Under the pieces are notes generated by a model that saw only the letters and a list, made by a program, of their open reading frames with translations, was not told the origin of the DNA and searched no databases. Both the position numbers and the translations under genes were made by a program. Below, in pieces: positions 49,552 through 61,350 of a stretch of DNA of 64,000 nt (positions are counted from its first letter, which is position 1; every line of letters starts with the position of its first letter). The DNA comes from Antedon mediterranea. Taxonomy: Eukaryota; Animalia; Echinodermata. Where the stretch lies: NCBI RefSeq assembly GCF_964355755.1, contig NC_092672.1, forward strand, positions 12,214,001 to 12,278,000. The letters are read 5' to 3'.

Positions 49552-50370
49552 AGCCCCTTTCTCACAGAGCTGAGTGCCAGGAATATTGCGGGAATATACC
49601 ATTACCATGCCGGTATGGTTTTCTGTGAGAACGGGTCGTCTTGGCATCATGCCGGCACCATGCCGGCATCGACATGACCTGCTTTAGACCTAGTAATATT
49701 CTAGGGATATTCCCCGCAATGCCAGACGGGCATTCTGTGAGAACGTAACGCCGTTATATTCCGGGGTTCCCTGTCGAGGCTTCAGACACCTTGCGCGGTC
49801 AAGTGTATCACTTTGGCGCCGATTCAATTCAATTAACAAAAATAATGTCGAACTGGAGGGATAATGAGATAAGAGAGCTGCTTAAAATAAGGGGACAAGA
49901 AGAAATTTGTAGCATAATCTATAGCAGGCCTAGGCCATATAGGCCTAGCTCTTTGTTGGTTAGCCTGACCCTTCGTCGCCTTGTAAATTGTACAGCCTTC
50001 TAAGGTGTTTTACAGATTGCCGATGACGGCTAATTAATTGCTGTACCTGTATAATATATGCACAATATACTGTACATAGCATGTATTGCATAAATATGCT
50101 ATAAAGGAAGATAATAATCTGTAACCTAACATTCGCCGCCATATATCCCTAGACAAAAATAATAACAATAAAGGACGCCCTCAATAATTATTTTGTCAGA
50201 GACTTTTTATTGGACGAATATGCCCGACTCCTTTCTCACAGAAAGCCGGTATATACCGGTTATATTTCCGGCACGATAGTCTGATGAGAATGGGTATATG
50301 CCGGTAACGATACCGGCACGACGCCAGCACTGTACCGGTATATTGCAGACACATCTGTGAGAAAGGGGCT
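49552..50370 (+). mobile_element. Non-autonomous Harbinger element with a Myb/SANT-like remnant
   Basis: TIR agcccctttctcacaga / tctgtgagaaaggggct, 3-bp TSD ATA. Internal MSNWRDNEIRELLKIRGQEEI resembles the start of the Harbinger Myb/SANT protein. Confidence 0.75.
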
Positions 50371-51239
50371 ATATAGGACTCTAAAACCAAACCGTACCCA
50401 ATTAGTTGATGATGTTACACATATTTTAAATACAGTAATAACTAAAACTATATTAATCTCTTTTCATGTTTAGGAACATGAATAAAGATCCAGAATCCTG
50501 GTCTTCACGCCGATCAGGTAATATGCCGGTATTGCTTTTGGACACAGAAATGGCCTACATTAAAGTTTAGCAAACAATTCTAACTACAAAGAAAGCAAAA
50601 TTAGATGAGGCTCTAGTTACTCTCCTCTCCACTTTTTACCTTCTAGATTTTGATTATCCAAAATGAAAAGAAGTAGGCCTCACTATCCTTTAATTTTAGT
50701 GATTTGTGATGAAGACACACCTGTACACTTGACAAAGGCTGTTGAATCATCATTAGTATACATTAATAAATTTAAAGACACCTAATAGTTTAAAGCCCAG
50801 GTGCGGGAGAAGAATTTTACGAAATTTGTATTTTACCATTTTAATGTTTTTAAGTTTTCTTTTGATGGCATTTTATTATTAATAAAAACAAGTTTGTTTT
50901 AAAGAAGTTGTATATATTATTGTACCTAATGTCATGTAAATTGTAGTTCTTAATGAAAATAACAGTATTGTTAATATTATGTTTTATAACATTCTTGAAT
51001 TTATTTGTTTAAGTAAAATATTACTTAAAATGAGTATTCATTTATCGTTCTTAAAATAAATTTTTAATGATTTATATTTTATAGAATTGTTGTTTCAAGC
51101 AATTTTTTTTCCAATATAAGTAAGAATTTACGAATTTTAATTTGATAGAATTCTTGTTTCAAGCAATACTTTTCTTAAAATAAGTAAACATTTACTGGTT
51201 TTTATTTGATAGACTTCTTGTTTACTTATTTTAAAAAAA

Positions 51240-52400
51240 GTTTTGCTTGAAACAAGAATTCTACAAATAAAAATCGGAATATTCTTACTTATTTAAAGAA
51301 ATATATTGCTTGAAACAAGAAAACTAAAAATATAAATCGGAATATTCTTACTTATTTTAAGAAAAATATTGCTTAAAACAAGAATTCTAAAAAATACAAA
51401 CCGGAATATTCTTACTTATTTTAAGAAAAATATTGCTTGAAACAAGAATTCTACAAATAAAAATCGAAATATTCTTACTTATTTTAAGAAATATATTGCT
51501 TGAAACAAGAATTCAAAAAATACAAATCGGAATATTCTTACTTATTTTAAGAAAAATATTGCTTGAAACAAGAATTCAAAAAATACAAATCGGAATATTC
51601 TTACTTATTTTAAGAAATATATTGCTTGAAACAAGAATATTAAAATTAAAAATCGGAATATTCTTACTTATTTTAAGAAAAATATTGCTTAAAACAAGAA
51701 TTCTAAAAAATACAAATCGGAATATTCTTACTTATTTTAAGAAAAATATTGCTTGAAACAAGAATTCTAAAAAATAAAAATCGGAATATTCTTACTTATT
51801 TTAAGAAATATTTTGCTTGAAACAAGAATTCAAAAAATACAAATCGGAATATTCTTACTTATTTTAAGAAAAATATTGCTTGAAACAAGAATTAAAGAAA
51901 TACAAATCGGAATATTCTTACTTATTTTAAGAAAAATATTGCTTGAAACAAGAATTCAAAAAATACAAATCGGAATATTCTTACTTATTTTAAGAAAAAT
52001 ATTGCTTGAAACAAGAATTCAAAAAATAAAAATCGGAATATTCTTACTAATTTTAAGAAATATCTTGCTTGAAACAAGAATTCAAAAAAATACAAATCGG
52101 AATATTCTTACTTATTTTAAGAAATATATTGCTTGAAACAAGAATTCTATAAAATACAAATCGGAATATTCTTACTTATTTTAAGAAATATCTTGCTTGA
52201 AACAAGAATTCAAAAAAATACAAATCGGAATATTCTTACTTATTTTAAGAAATATATTGCTTGAAACAAGAATTCTATAAAATACAAATCGGAATATTCT
52301 TACTTATTTTAAGAAATATCTTGCTTGAAACAAGAATTCTATTTTAAAAAATCGATAAATTGTTACTTATTTTAAGGCAGATACTGCTTAAAACAAGAAT
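51240..52400. repeat. 63-bp tandem repeat (~18 copies), preceded by inverted copies at ~51080-51230
   Basis: Unit ttgcttgaaacaagaattcaaaaaatacaaatcggaatattcttacttattttaagaaaaata. Confidence 0.92.
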
Positions 52401-53305
52401 GAAAAAAGCAAATAAATTCTTTGTAAGAATATTGTTCTTAAAGTATTATTTCTTGGTAAGAATAATTTTCTTGATAAGAATTTGTGTGATTCTTGTTAAG
52501 AATTTTACGATTCTTGGTAAGCCAAAAAGTATTGAAATACGGACAAGTCAAAATTTACTTGTTTCAAGAAATATTTTGCTTGAAACAAGTTTTTTTTTTC
52601 TTAAAACAAGAATCAGAATTTTGCTGTGTAGCATCATGGATTAGAAAGTCTCTGTCATCAACAGTTTTTATCCATTCACCATCAATGACTAGGTCTTCTA
52701 GCGATTGTGGCTGACCAGGATGACTTTTACTTCTTTTGATTCTGATGTTTCTCTTTAGACTTTCTGCACAAGTCATAGTAACACGAACATTGAGCGGTTG
52801 TTTGACTATCTGAGTTGGAGTTGCTCTACACGTTGTGGCTTTATCCATAATACTATGTATTGCTTTATCTGCATGAGCCTTCATGATGTTAACTGCATGA
52901 TTGTGTTCAGATACATACTGCACTTCGGCCATATCGATGAATGTCCGTAGTACACCTTTGCAAGCAAACTTTCTACGTGAAGAACACTCCCAAATTATCG
53001 AACTTCTGTTAGACTTACGTTTAGTATAAAGATAACCATCATAGCATAATTTTGCGACCTCCCTTATTATTTGTAATGAACTCCATTTTGAAATGATTTG
53101 TATTTGATAACGTGCCTTATTTAAACATAAGATTACAATGGCATAAAATGTATTATGAATCTTAACTAAGTAGGAAGTGTTTGATGTTTTGGCAGTGGCA
53201 TTTGGAAGAGGTAACATGAAAAGTGTAGGCATCCCTTTGATTAGCTTTGATATTGTTTCTAAATAACACCTACACCCAAATTGCTATTCACAATAACACA
53301 ATTAA

Positions 53306-53900
53306 ATTACCATTCGCACTTTATAGAAACAGATCAGAGATCAGCTAACAGGTATTTTGTGCCAATACAAAAGGCAGCAAAACAAATAATATAGGTGAAA
53401 TCTCAGTGAATCGAAACACACTATTACTGTGGAATATATTAATTTCAACTCAATGGGTTTAACAAATGACTAAGCTGATATTGTAAAGACCAACATATAC
53501 AGGAAAAGAAACACAACTGTTTTTATAGGTATATTGTTGAAATAAGCACCGTTAAATTAAAAGTTTGATAAATTTTCTAAGAACATCTATGAAAAACAAG
53601 AGATATATAGCATTACCATTCGCACTTTATAGAAACAGATCAGAGATCAGCTAACAGGTATTTTGTGCCAATACAAAAGGCAGCAAAACAAATAATATAG
53701 GTGAAATCTCAGTGAATCGAAACACACTATTACTGTGGAATATATTAATTTCAACTCAATGGGTTTAACAAATGACTAAGCTGATATTGTAAAGACCAAC
53801 ATATACAGGAAAAGAAACACAACTGTTTAGGTATATTGTTAAATAAGCACCGTTAAATTAAATGTTTGATAAATTTTCTAAGAACATCTATGAAAAACAA
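53306..53900. repeat. ~305-bp direct tandem duplication
   Basis: attaccattcgcactttatagaaacagatcagagatcagctaacagg... at 53306 and 53612, near-identical. Its first ~42 bp also occur at 47351. Confidence 0.9.
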
Positions 53901-55591
53901 AACAATTATTGTGTGTCGGGCGTTAACGTACTATAATCGATTGTCATTATCGTTTTATGTGTCAAGTGGTTAAAATAAGAAATTGACATTTAGTTTAGGT
54001 TCAAGTTTAATTTTAATTTTCAAGTAAAAAGCAATTGTTCTTCAAAATGATTCTTCATTTGTTTGAAATACATACCATATATTTTAAATATAATATAATA
54101 ATAAATAGATATGTGTATATTTATTGAACATAATTTCCAGACAAATTTTATTTAGTTAAAAAATTCTAAAATTTAATGAAGAGTTGGCCATAAACCTACT
54201 GTTGTAGGTGTGAGTTATCGTAAAGTTAATCAATTACAATAACTACACTGTAGTCACGAGTCAGAGAAAAGATGTTAAATGGAAATGGTCCGTTAAATGG
54301 TTAAAGTTATTCTGCTCTACAATGTATACATGTAGGAATTTACTAGTATTCATATGTCTCATTTTTAAAACGTGTGTTGCACTACAATTTCTTCTAGAAC
54401 CAGTAGACAGAGGTGCAGTGGAGGATGAAAACAATTATGAACCACTCAAACCGAAGAAGCAAAAACAAACAATTAACAGAACAAGCCTGGAAATACACCA
54501 GATTAATAGAATACTTAATTAGTTACTCCATTTAACATAATTTAGTATTCACATATTAAATCCCTATTTCAACAAACATTGTTATGATAAATAGTGTATA
54601 ACATTATAACGTAATATATCAGTGTACACTGTTACTATAATAAACACACTATTTGCAGCCGTGACATTACAAGAAGGCACTGATGCCTTATTACAAATAA
54701 TAAGCCCACATGCAATACGTCAATCCTCTTCGTAACGATAATTATGATTAATTCAAAACTTTAATACAATTTATCAAATTATTAATTAATAATAATTTGT
54801 TTTCTCTTTTTTATATTAAACAATTCCTAAACATTCGAAGCACATGATTAAAACTATATTCCAATGGTTTATAATTATTTAATTCTACTGTTTTAACTGG
54901 TTTATATAATGCATTTTATAATCTGATTTGAATTAATTAAATGGACTAATGGATTTATAAAGGTTGCTATAATTTAAATTCGAATGCTAACATTTTTATC
55001 ATTCTTGTAATAATCAAACTATCAGCCTATTATTAAATGTACTACGTAAAATTGTATGTACAGAACCAAGAGTAATGTCTTTGGATATTGGTTACCGTCA
55101 GTATACAGCATAATATTATGATATGTGGGTGCAATCAACCTTACTAAGATGTTTCATGTTAAAAATAAAACCGTTAAGTAATTGAAATCGGGTAAAAAAG
55201 TAACATAATACTATTATTTTGCACACTAAAACTTACATTGGTCCTCGGTTGTAACCCGTTATCGATTGTTTGTCGCCTCAAATAATATCATGTGTTACAT
55301 TTTGTGTTTTACTTACTGTTGAATTTTGTTAACATTAACATTATTAAGCCTATCATCGACCACCTTTTCTTAGTTTATTTTTTTTTAACATAGCGTTGAT
55401 ATATGTCCGATAAATATGTTTAAATATTATGTTTAAATATTAACAATTGTGATGTTAATTATGAATTCGTATTATAATAAGTATTATGAATTCATAATAT
55501 ATAACAATGACATTTCGATGCATATCAATGGCAATAATGGACATAATGATGTTTTGTTTATTAAATAAATAAAATAAAAAAATTATTAACG

Positions 55592-56268
55592 AATTCAATT
55601 CAATTCAATTCAATAAACTTTATTGTCAAACTCATAAATTGCTTGAAACTTTGGCTGAAAGTACACACAATAAAATTGTCTAAAAACATTGTCGCACTAA
55701 CAGTAAAAAAGAATAAAATCACATAAAACAGAGAACAAGATGTTATATAAAAAAGTTAAAAGAGGACACAAAAAGAACAAAATGAGTTAAAAATACAGAT
55801 TTAAAATACTTATTGCAGTTATCGTTTCCACCTTAAATTAAAATGCCTCATAGCAGATGGGAGAAAGGATCTACGTAGGCGTTCAGTGTTCCAGCGAGGA
55901 TATGTAATGCGCCCAGACCGGCTTAACGTAATGTACTGGTTAAGGGGGTGGCTAACATCTGACATAATAATTTTAAGCTTATTTGTAAGTGCGTTGTTAA
56001 CAACTTCATCTGATTTCTTAATATCGTTTCCTATTATCTTTTTGGCAGATTTACTTATTCTTTGTACTTTTTTCATGCATTGCTGGTTTAAATTGTTGAA
56101 CCAAACTATTGCATTAAAAGTTAAAACAGATAAAAATAACAGATTCATAAAATAAAGTCAAGATCCTATTGCACACATGACATTTCTTCAATCTTCTCAA
56201 AAAGTACAGTCGTTTATAACAATTTGTGGTAACTAACTTAGTGTTTTCCTTCCAATTAAGATTATTCA
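55592..56268 (-). mobile_element. 5'-truncated LINE (Rex1/Babar- or CR1/L2-like 3' end)
   Basis: ORF 55819-56148 reads SVLTFNAIVWF...SHPL...SGR...TERLRRSFLPSAMRHFN. (TTGAA)n tail at ~55592-55612. Confidence 0.75.
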
Positions 56269-56763
56269 GAGGTAAATTATAACAAAACATTGTGTATAAT
56301 TGGTACTGTACACTTGGTAAAAATAATGTGTGTGTATCACCTATTGTTTATAGAAGATGTATTTTAAAACAAACATTACACTTAAAATAATATAAAAAGA
56401 TACACCTAAACGTAAAAATAATGTTATGTTTGTTATTAAAATGTTATACACCAAAAGGTGACAAGAATGAGGACAAAGAGAGCTCAATATCATCATGTGC
56501 ATTCTTCTTTTTTAAATTACGGTCATATCAAGCAGGCGGTCCGAGTTCGAGTCTCGGTTGGTCCAACTTTTTCTCATTCTCACAGATTTCCTCATCTTTA
56601 TCGTTTCAAATTAATTAATTAAATTTCAGTATATCACCGGGCGGTTTCGAATTAATGTTCATTGCCTAATGTGTTTATATATATATATGTTTAGAATTAA
56701 TGTTCTGTGCCTGATTTGTTAATATATATATAGATATACGCCATGGCTAAAGATACGGTACTG

Positions 56764-57495
56764 TATTCTAATTTCTGTTCACTAAAGGTACGGTAAAATT
56801 GCATTGCGTCATAACCAGCTGGTACTTGTGTGACGTCATCGTATAAGACTTTGGATTTTTTTCATATCGCGAAAACAGTGATCAACTGCATTTTCTTTAT
56901 GCTTCATTTATCGCTATTATCGCCGTCGTGTGTGACAAAAACTAAATATAGCCTACGTCTGTTATTATTATTGAAAAGCCAAAACATGTTGATTTTAATT
57001 CTAGAATACAGAAACCCGTTTCAAAAGAGGCCTAGGCCTACTTACTACGTACTATAACCTCATTATATGAGTTTGTTTGTGTACGGAAAGCGATGCCAGG
57101 CTGGGGCCAGCTGCATGTTGTACGTGTACGTGTGCGCCGATTTCTGTAACTCAGCCCCCTGGGGCTACTGTCTAAATCATAGTATTCGTAGGCCCCTTTA
57201 TTGTCCGCATTTGCTTGTTGTTTATGGTCGCCATTGTAAACAAAGTTTAATAAAAAAATACAGGCCTAAATAGGCCATTTGGAATCAAAATAAAACCCTC
57301 ATCAGCGCACACACATCCATGCAGCCTGGCGCCGCCGACAGGAATTTCTCTACATACATACAAAACAGACACGATATGAAAAAAAATCCAAAGTCCTAAT
57401 ACGATGACGGCACACACGTAACAGCACCCCATTGGCTGATTATGACGTAATGCAATTTTTACCGTACCTTTAGTAAACAGACAGAAGTTAGAATA
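56764..57495. mobile_element. MITE with ~55-bp TIRs
   Basis: tattctaatttctgttcactaaaggtacggtaaaattgcattgcgtcataa / ttatgacgtaatgcaatttttaccgtacctttagtaaacag...aagttagaata. Confidence 0.7.
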
Positions 57496-57730
57496 AAGGT
57501 TTTTGTTAAAATAATAAACAAATTATAAAGTTACTGCGAACATGATTTAAAACAACAAAAATAACAATTTCGGAACGACTCTGGTTGGGCGCTTCATGCA
57601 CGCTCTACGCGTGCGCGTTTAGTTTGTACAGCGATTCTCTATAGTAATGCATTGTTTTTACATTTTGTTGTTTAAAATCATGTTCGCAGTAATTTTATGA
57701 TTTCGTTATTATCTTAACAAAAACCTTTAA
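57494..57730. mobile_element. Short palindromic MITE
   Basis: taaaggtttttgttaa...ttactgcgaacatgatttaaaacaacaaaa is mirrored by ttttgttgtttaaaatcatgttcgcagtaa...ttaacaaaaacctttaa. Confidence 0.7.
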
Positions 57731-59024
57731 ACAAATTGATTGTTTTGATATTAAATTCGATATTTAAAGCCTTGTGAATGTTATACATTTTTTAAGCAAA
57801 TGACTCGACTCCATACGCTACATATAGGCATAGTTTGACACAAACATGGCCGGCGTGCACACCACGTGACTTTCTAAAATCCGTGAACGCAAAGTCGTAA
57901 CTCTCTCTATATATGGCTCTGAATTAGAGTCGTTATAATAAGTACGCGTGGCTTACTAATCCCTATACGTTCAAATATCTTCTGAACGATTCAGCCCGCA
58001 AGAGGGCTCTATATATATATTTGATATACCATTATGAACTTCGATCAAAATGTATTTTTGTTGTCGCATAGCGTCTTTTTGTCGAATTTTTAAAACCGTT
58101 TGATATTATTTAACGGATATTAACGGATATTATAGCATCATATTCAATAAGCTGGTGATAGCGTCGGCAAAGAGGTTAAGCAAACAATGTGAAAGTAAAT
58201 AATACAGTATCATACATACACATACATTCTTACATTGTATTTATTACTGTAAGTTCCATTCTATATAGGATTTCACAAATAATCGGTAACTGACATATCT
58301 TACTATTAAGTTATGTGATATAATAATAATGTGTAATTTATTAAATAATACAATTAATTGATTATAATGATAACTAGAAGAAAAAATTTTGTCTCAATCC
58401 GTATTAATAAACAATCAATAGGTGTGAAACCGAACCTGTTATAAGTTCAATCAGTTCATTGCTAAATAAGCAAAACCAGTTTATATTGTTACCCATTCCA
58501 TGTTTGAATCAATTGTTATGACCGCTATTATTTGCAGATAGTATATTGAAGCAAAGAAGAAGAAGAAGAAAATAAATAATGACATCACACTTTATGTGGC
58601 AGATTTATTTTCAAATCTAACATTATGTAGATTTTTGACATTGAATTTCTATAAGATAATTTTAGAACAGCAGATAATGTATGTTTTGTCATTTAAAAAC
58701 AGTTATTTCACACAATAGGAAAGTGATGCACTGTTGTTTAAATCTTTATTTAGAAAAAGAAATAATTTATATATAAGCTATCCTCAGTTGCTTGTTAATG
58801 TTCATGATTTAACATGAGTTATTACAATAAATCTTTTCTTATAACATTTTACTATGAAAACATGATATTAATTATATAGTAAATAATAATATGATTATGA
58901 TTAATTTATCATACCGAATACCGTAGGCATATTCTACAAAAATAACATTACTGTATCGAGTTTACATTAGCATGAGTAAAACAAAAACGCACATTTTAAA
59001 CAACACATAGAAAAACGCATACAA

Positions 59025-59880
59025 CAACATTGCAAGCAATACCACCAAGTGATAAGAAAATATCAACATTGCAAGCAATACCACCAAGTGATAAGGAAAT
59101 ATCAACATTGCAAGCAATACCACCAAGTGATAAGGAAATATCAACATTGCAAGCAATACCACCAAGTGATAAGGAAATATCAACATTGCAAGCAATAGCA
59201 CCAAGTGATAAGGAAATATCAACATTGCAAGCAATACCACCAAGTGATAAGGAAATATCAACATTGCAAGCAATAGCACCAAGTGATAAGGAAATATCAA
59301 CATTGCAAGCAATACCACCAAGTGATAAGGAAATATCAACATTGCAAGCAATACCACCAAGTGATAAGGAAATGTCAACATTGCAAGCAATACCACCAAG
59401 TGATAAGGAAATATCAACATTGCAAGCAATACCACCAAGTGATAAGGAGATATCAACATTGCAAGCAATACCACCAAGTGATAAGGAAATATCAACATTG
59501 CAAGCAATACCACCAAGTGATAAGGAAATATCAACATTGCAAGCAATACCACCAAGTGATAAGGATATATCAACATTGCAAGCAATACCACCAAGTGATA
59601 AGGAGATATCAACATTGCAAGCAATAGCACCAAGTGATAAGGAAATATCAACATTGCAAGCAATACCACCAAGTGATAAGGAAATATCAACATTGCAAGC
59701 AATACCACCAAGTGATAAGGAAATATCAACATTGCAAGCAATACCACCAAGTGATAAGGAAATATCAACATTGCAAGCAATACCACCAAGTGATAAGAAA
59801 ATATCAACATTGCAAGCAATACCACCAAGTGATAAGGAAATATCAACATTGCAAGCAATACCACCAAGTGATAAGGAAAT
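59025..59880. repeat. 39-bp minisatellite, ~22 copies
   Basis: Unit caacattgcaagcaataccaccaagtgataaggaaatat. Present once at ~2150-2190. Confidence 0.95.
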
Positions 59881-59919
59881 GTTTGTTTCAAAAGTCAAGT
59901 GAAGTGTTTTAATTAATAA

Positions 59920-60600
59920 GAAAATGAAAATGGTATCCGACTTATTTTAACTAAGAAAAAGAAATGGTATCATACTTCTTTAAACTAAGAAAATGAAATG
60001 GTATCAGACTTCTTTTAACTAAGAAAATAAAATGGTATCAGACTTCTTTTAACTAAGAACATGAATAGTATCATACTTCTTTTAATGAAGAAAGTGACAT
60101 GGTATCAGACCTCTTTTAATGAAGAAGGTGAAATGGTATCAGACCTCTTTTAATGAAGAAAGTGAAATGGTATCAGACCTCTTTTAATGAAGAAGGTGAA
60201 ATGGTATCAGACCTCTTTTAATGAAGAAGGTGAAATGGTATCAGACCTCTTTTAATGAAGAAGGTGAAATGGTATCAGACTTCTTTTAATGAAGAAGGTG
60301 AAATGGTATCAGACCTCTTTTAATGAAGAAGGTGAAATGGTATCAGACCTCTTTTAATGAAGAAGGTGAAATGGTATCAGACCTCTTTTAATGAAGAAGG
60401 TGAAATGGTATCAGACCTCTTTTAATGAAGAAGGTGAAATGGTATCAGACCTCTTTTAATGAAGAAGGTGAAATGGTATCAGACCTCTTTTAATGAAGAA
60501 GGTGAAATGGTATCAGACCTCGTTTAATGTAGAAGGTGAAATGGTATCAGACCTCTTTTAATGAAAAAGGTGACATGGTATCAGACCTCTTTTAATTAAG
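59920..60600. repeat. 34-bp minisatellite, ~20 copies
   Basis: Unit gaaatggtatcagacctcttttaatgaagaaggt. Confidence 0.92.
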
Positions 60601-61350
60601 ATTTTGTATATAAATTATTAGTTAGGCCTTTACGCATTCTTAAAAATTGCTTTTCCGCTGACATACAGTATACGAATTTTAAATACCATACCGATACTAC
60701 CCCGTATGCCTGTATCTCATCAAACTTGGCTACAATTGAATGAATACTAAGTTTAATATTAAAGGAAATCGTGTTTCTTAATAATTTCCACCTATAAACA
60801 ACGGTCTGAATCTCGCCAAACTTACCACAATTACCAATGACCTAAGGGTACTTTCAAATGGAAAGACCAAACTGCTATTAACTATGTAGTGCGATTATAG
60901 AGAAAAACCTTTTCTTTTAGTTGGATATTTTTATGTAAGAAAATAATACTGTAGGCGGTGGTATACACTCTCGGAGAACCTCTAGTTTGCTTTACAATCA
61001 GCCCCGGAATGTTTGTCGAAAGTTATTGAATAATTTTTCCTTGGCTTTTATAACAGTTTTTCTTTTTTTTTGTTGCTTTTGGTGGAAATTTAAATCAATT
61101 AATATAACATTTACTGGCTTCAAATATCTATCTACATTATTAAACTTTATGTGTCAACAAATTTGATGTACCCATATATGGACATGATGATGTGATATCA
61201 CTACCATATCTGGGCTTATTACACTTTTTTTTTTCAAAAAATACTTTGATAGTGTAGACAGAGCTTTATATTGTTTATATTTAAATATTGAAACCCAAAC
61301 AGGTGATTGATTTAACGACATTAAGTTTGGTAATATACTCGGCATCAATG

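Larger units (their letters stand above)
49190..52630. mobile_element. Insertion splitting the MULE transposase; probable CMC/EnSpm-like remnant
   Basis: Right end ...ttttgctgtg (CACAG-type terminus), large subterminal repeat array, and decayed coding LDEALVTLLSTFYLLDFDYPK at ~50600-50665. Left end is unclear. Confidence 0.45.
47395..53306 (-). mobile_element. Mutator-like (MULE) transposon with FLYWCH + DDE transposase, degenerate and interrupted
   Basis: 52564-53232: KLCYDGYLY......IIWECS.RRK..CKG...HNH (FLYWCH). 48764-49192: WFMDGTFKTSPKLYKQLYVI, MDFE, GCFYHLTQ. 48035-48382: DFLDYFDTTYV...WNVY. The left terminus has aaaagccacc repeats; only the inner part of the right TIR survives (~53277-53306). 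Confidence 0.85.

Noticed and set aside
51433-52136. ORFs with LLETRIQKIQIGIFLLILRKI repeats (LRR-like look)
   Set aside because: Translation of a 63-bp AT-rich tandem repeat with frame-breaking indels, inside a transposon remnant.
58962-59912. Long ORFs of 290-309 aa on both strands
   Set aside because: They are translations of a 39-bp (13-codon) minisatellite that is a single non-coding unit in the paralogous region.
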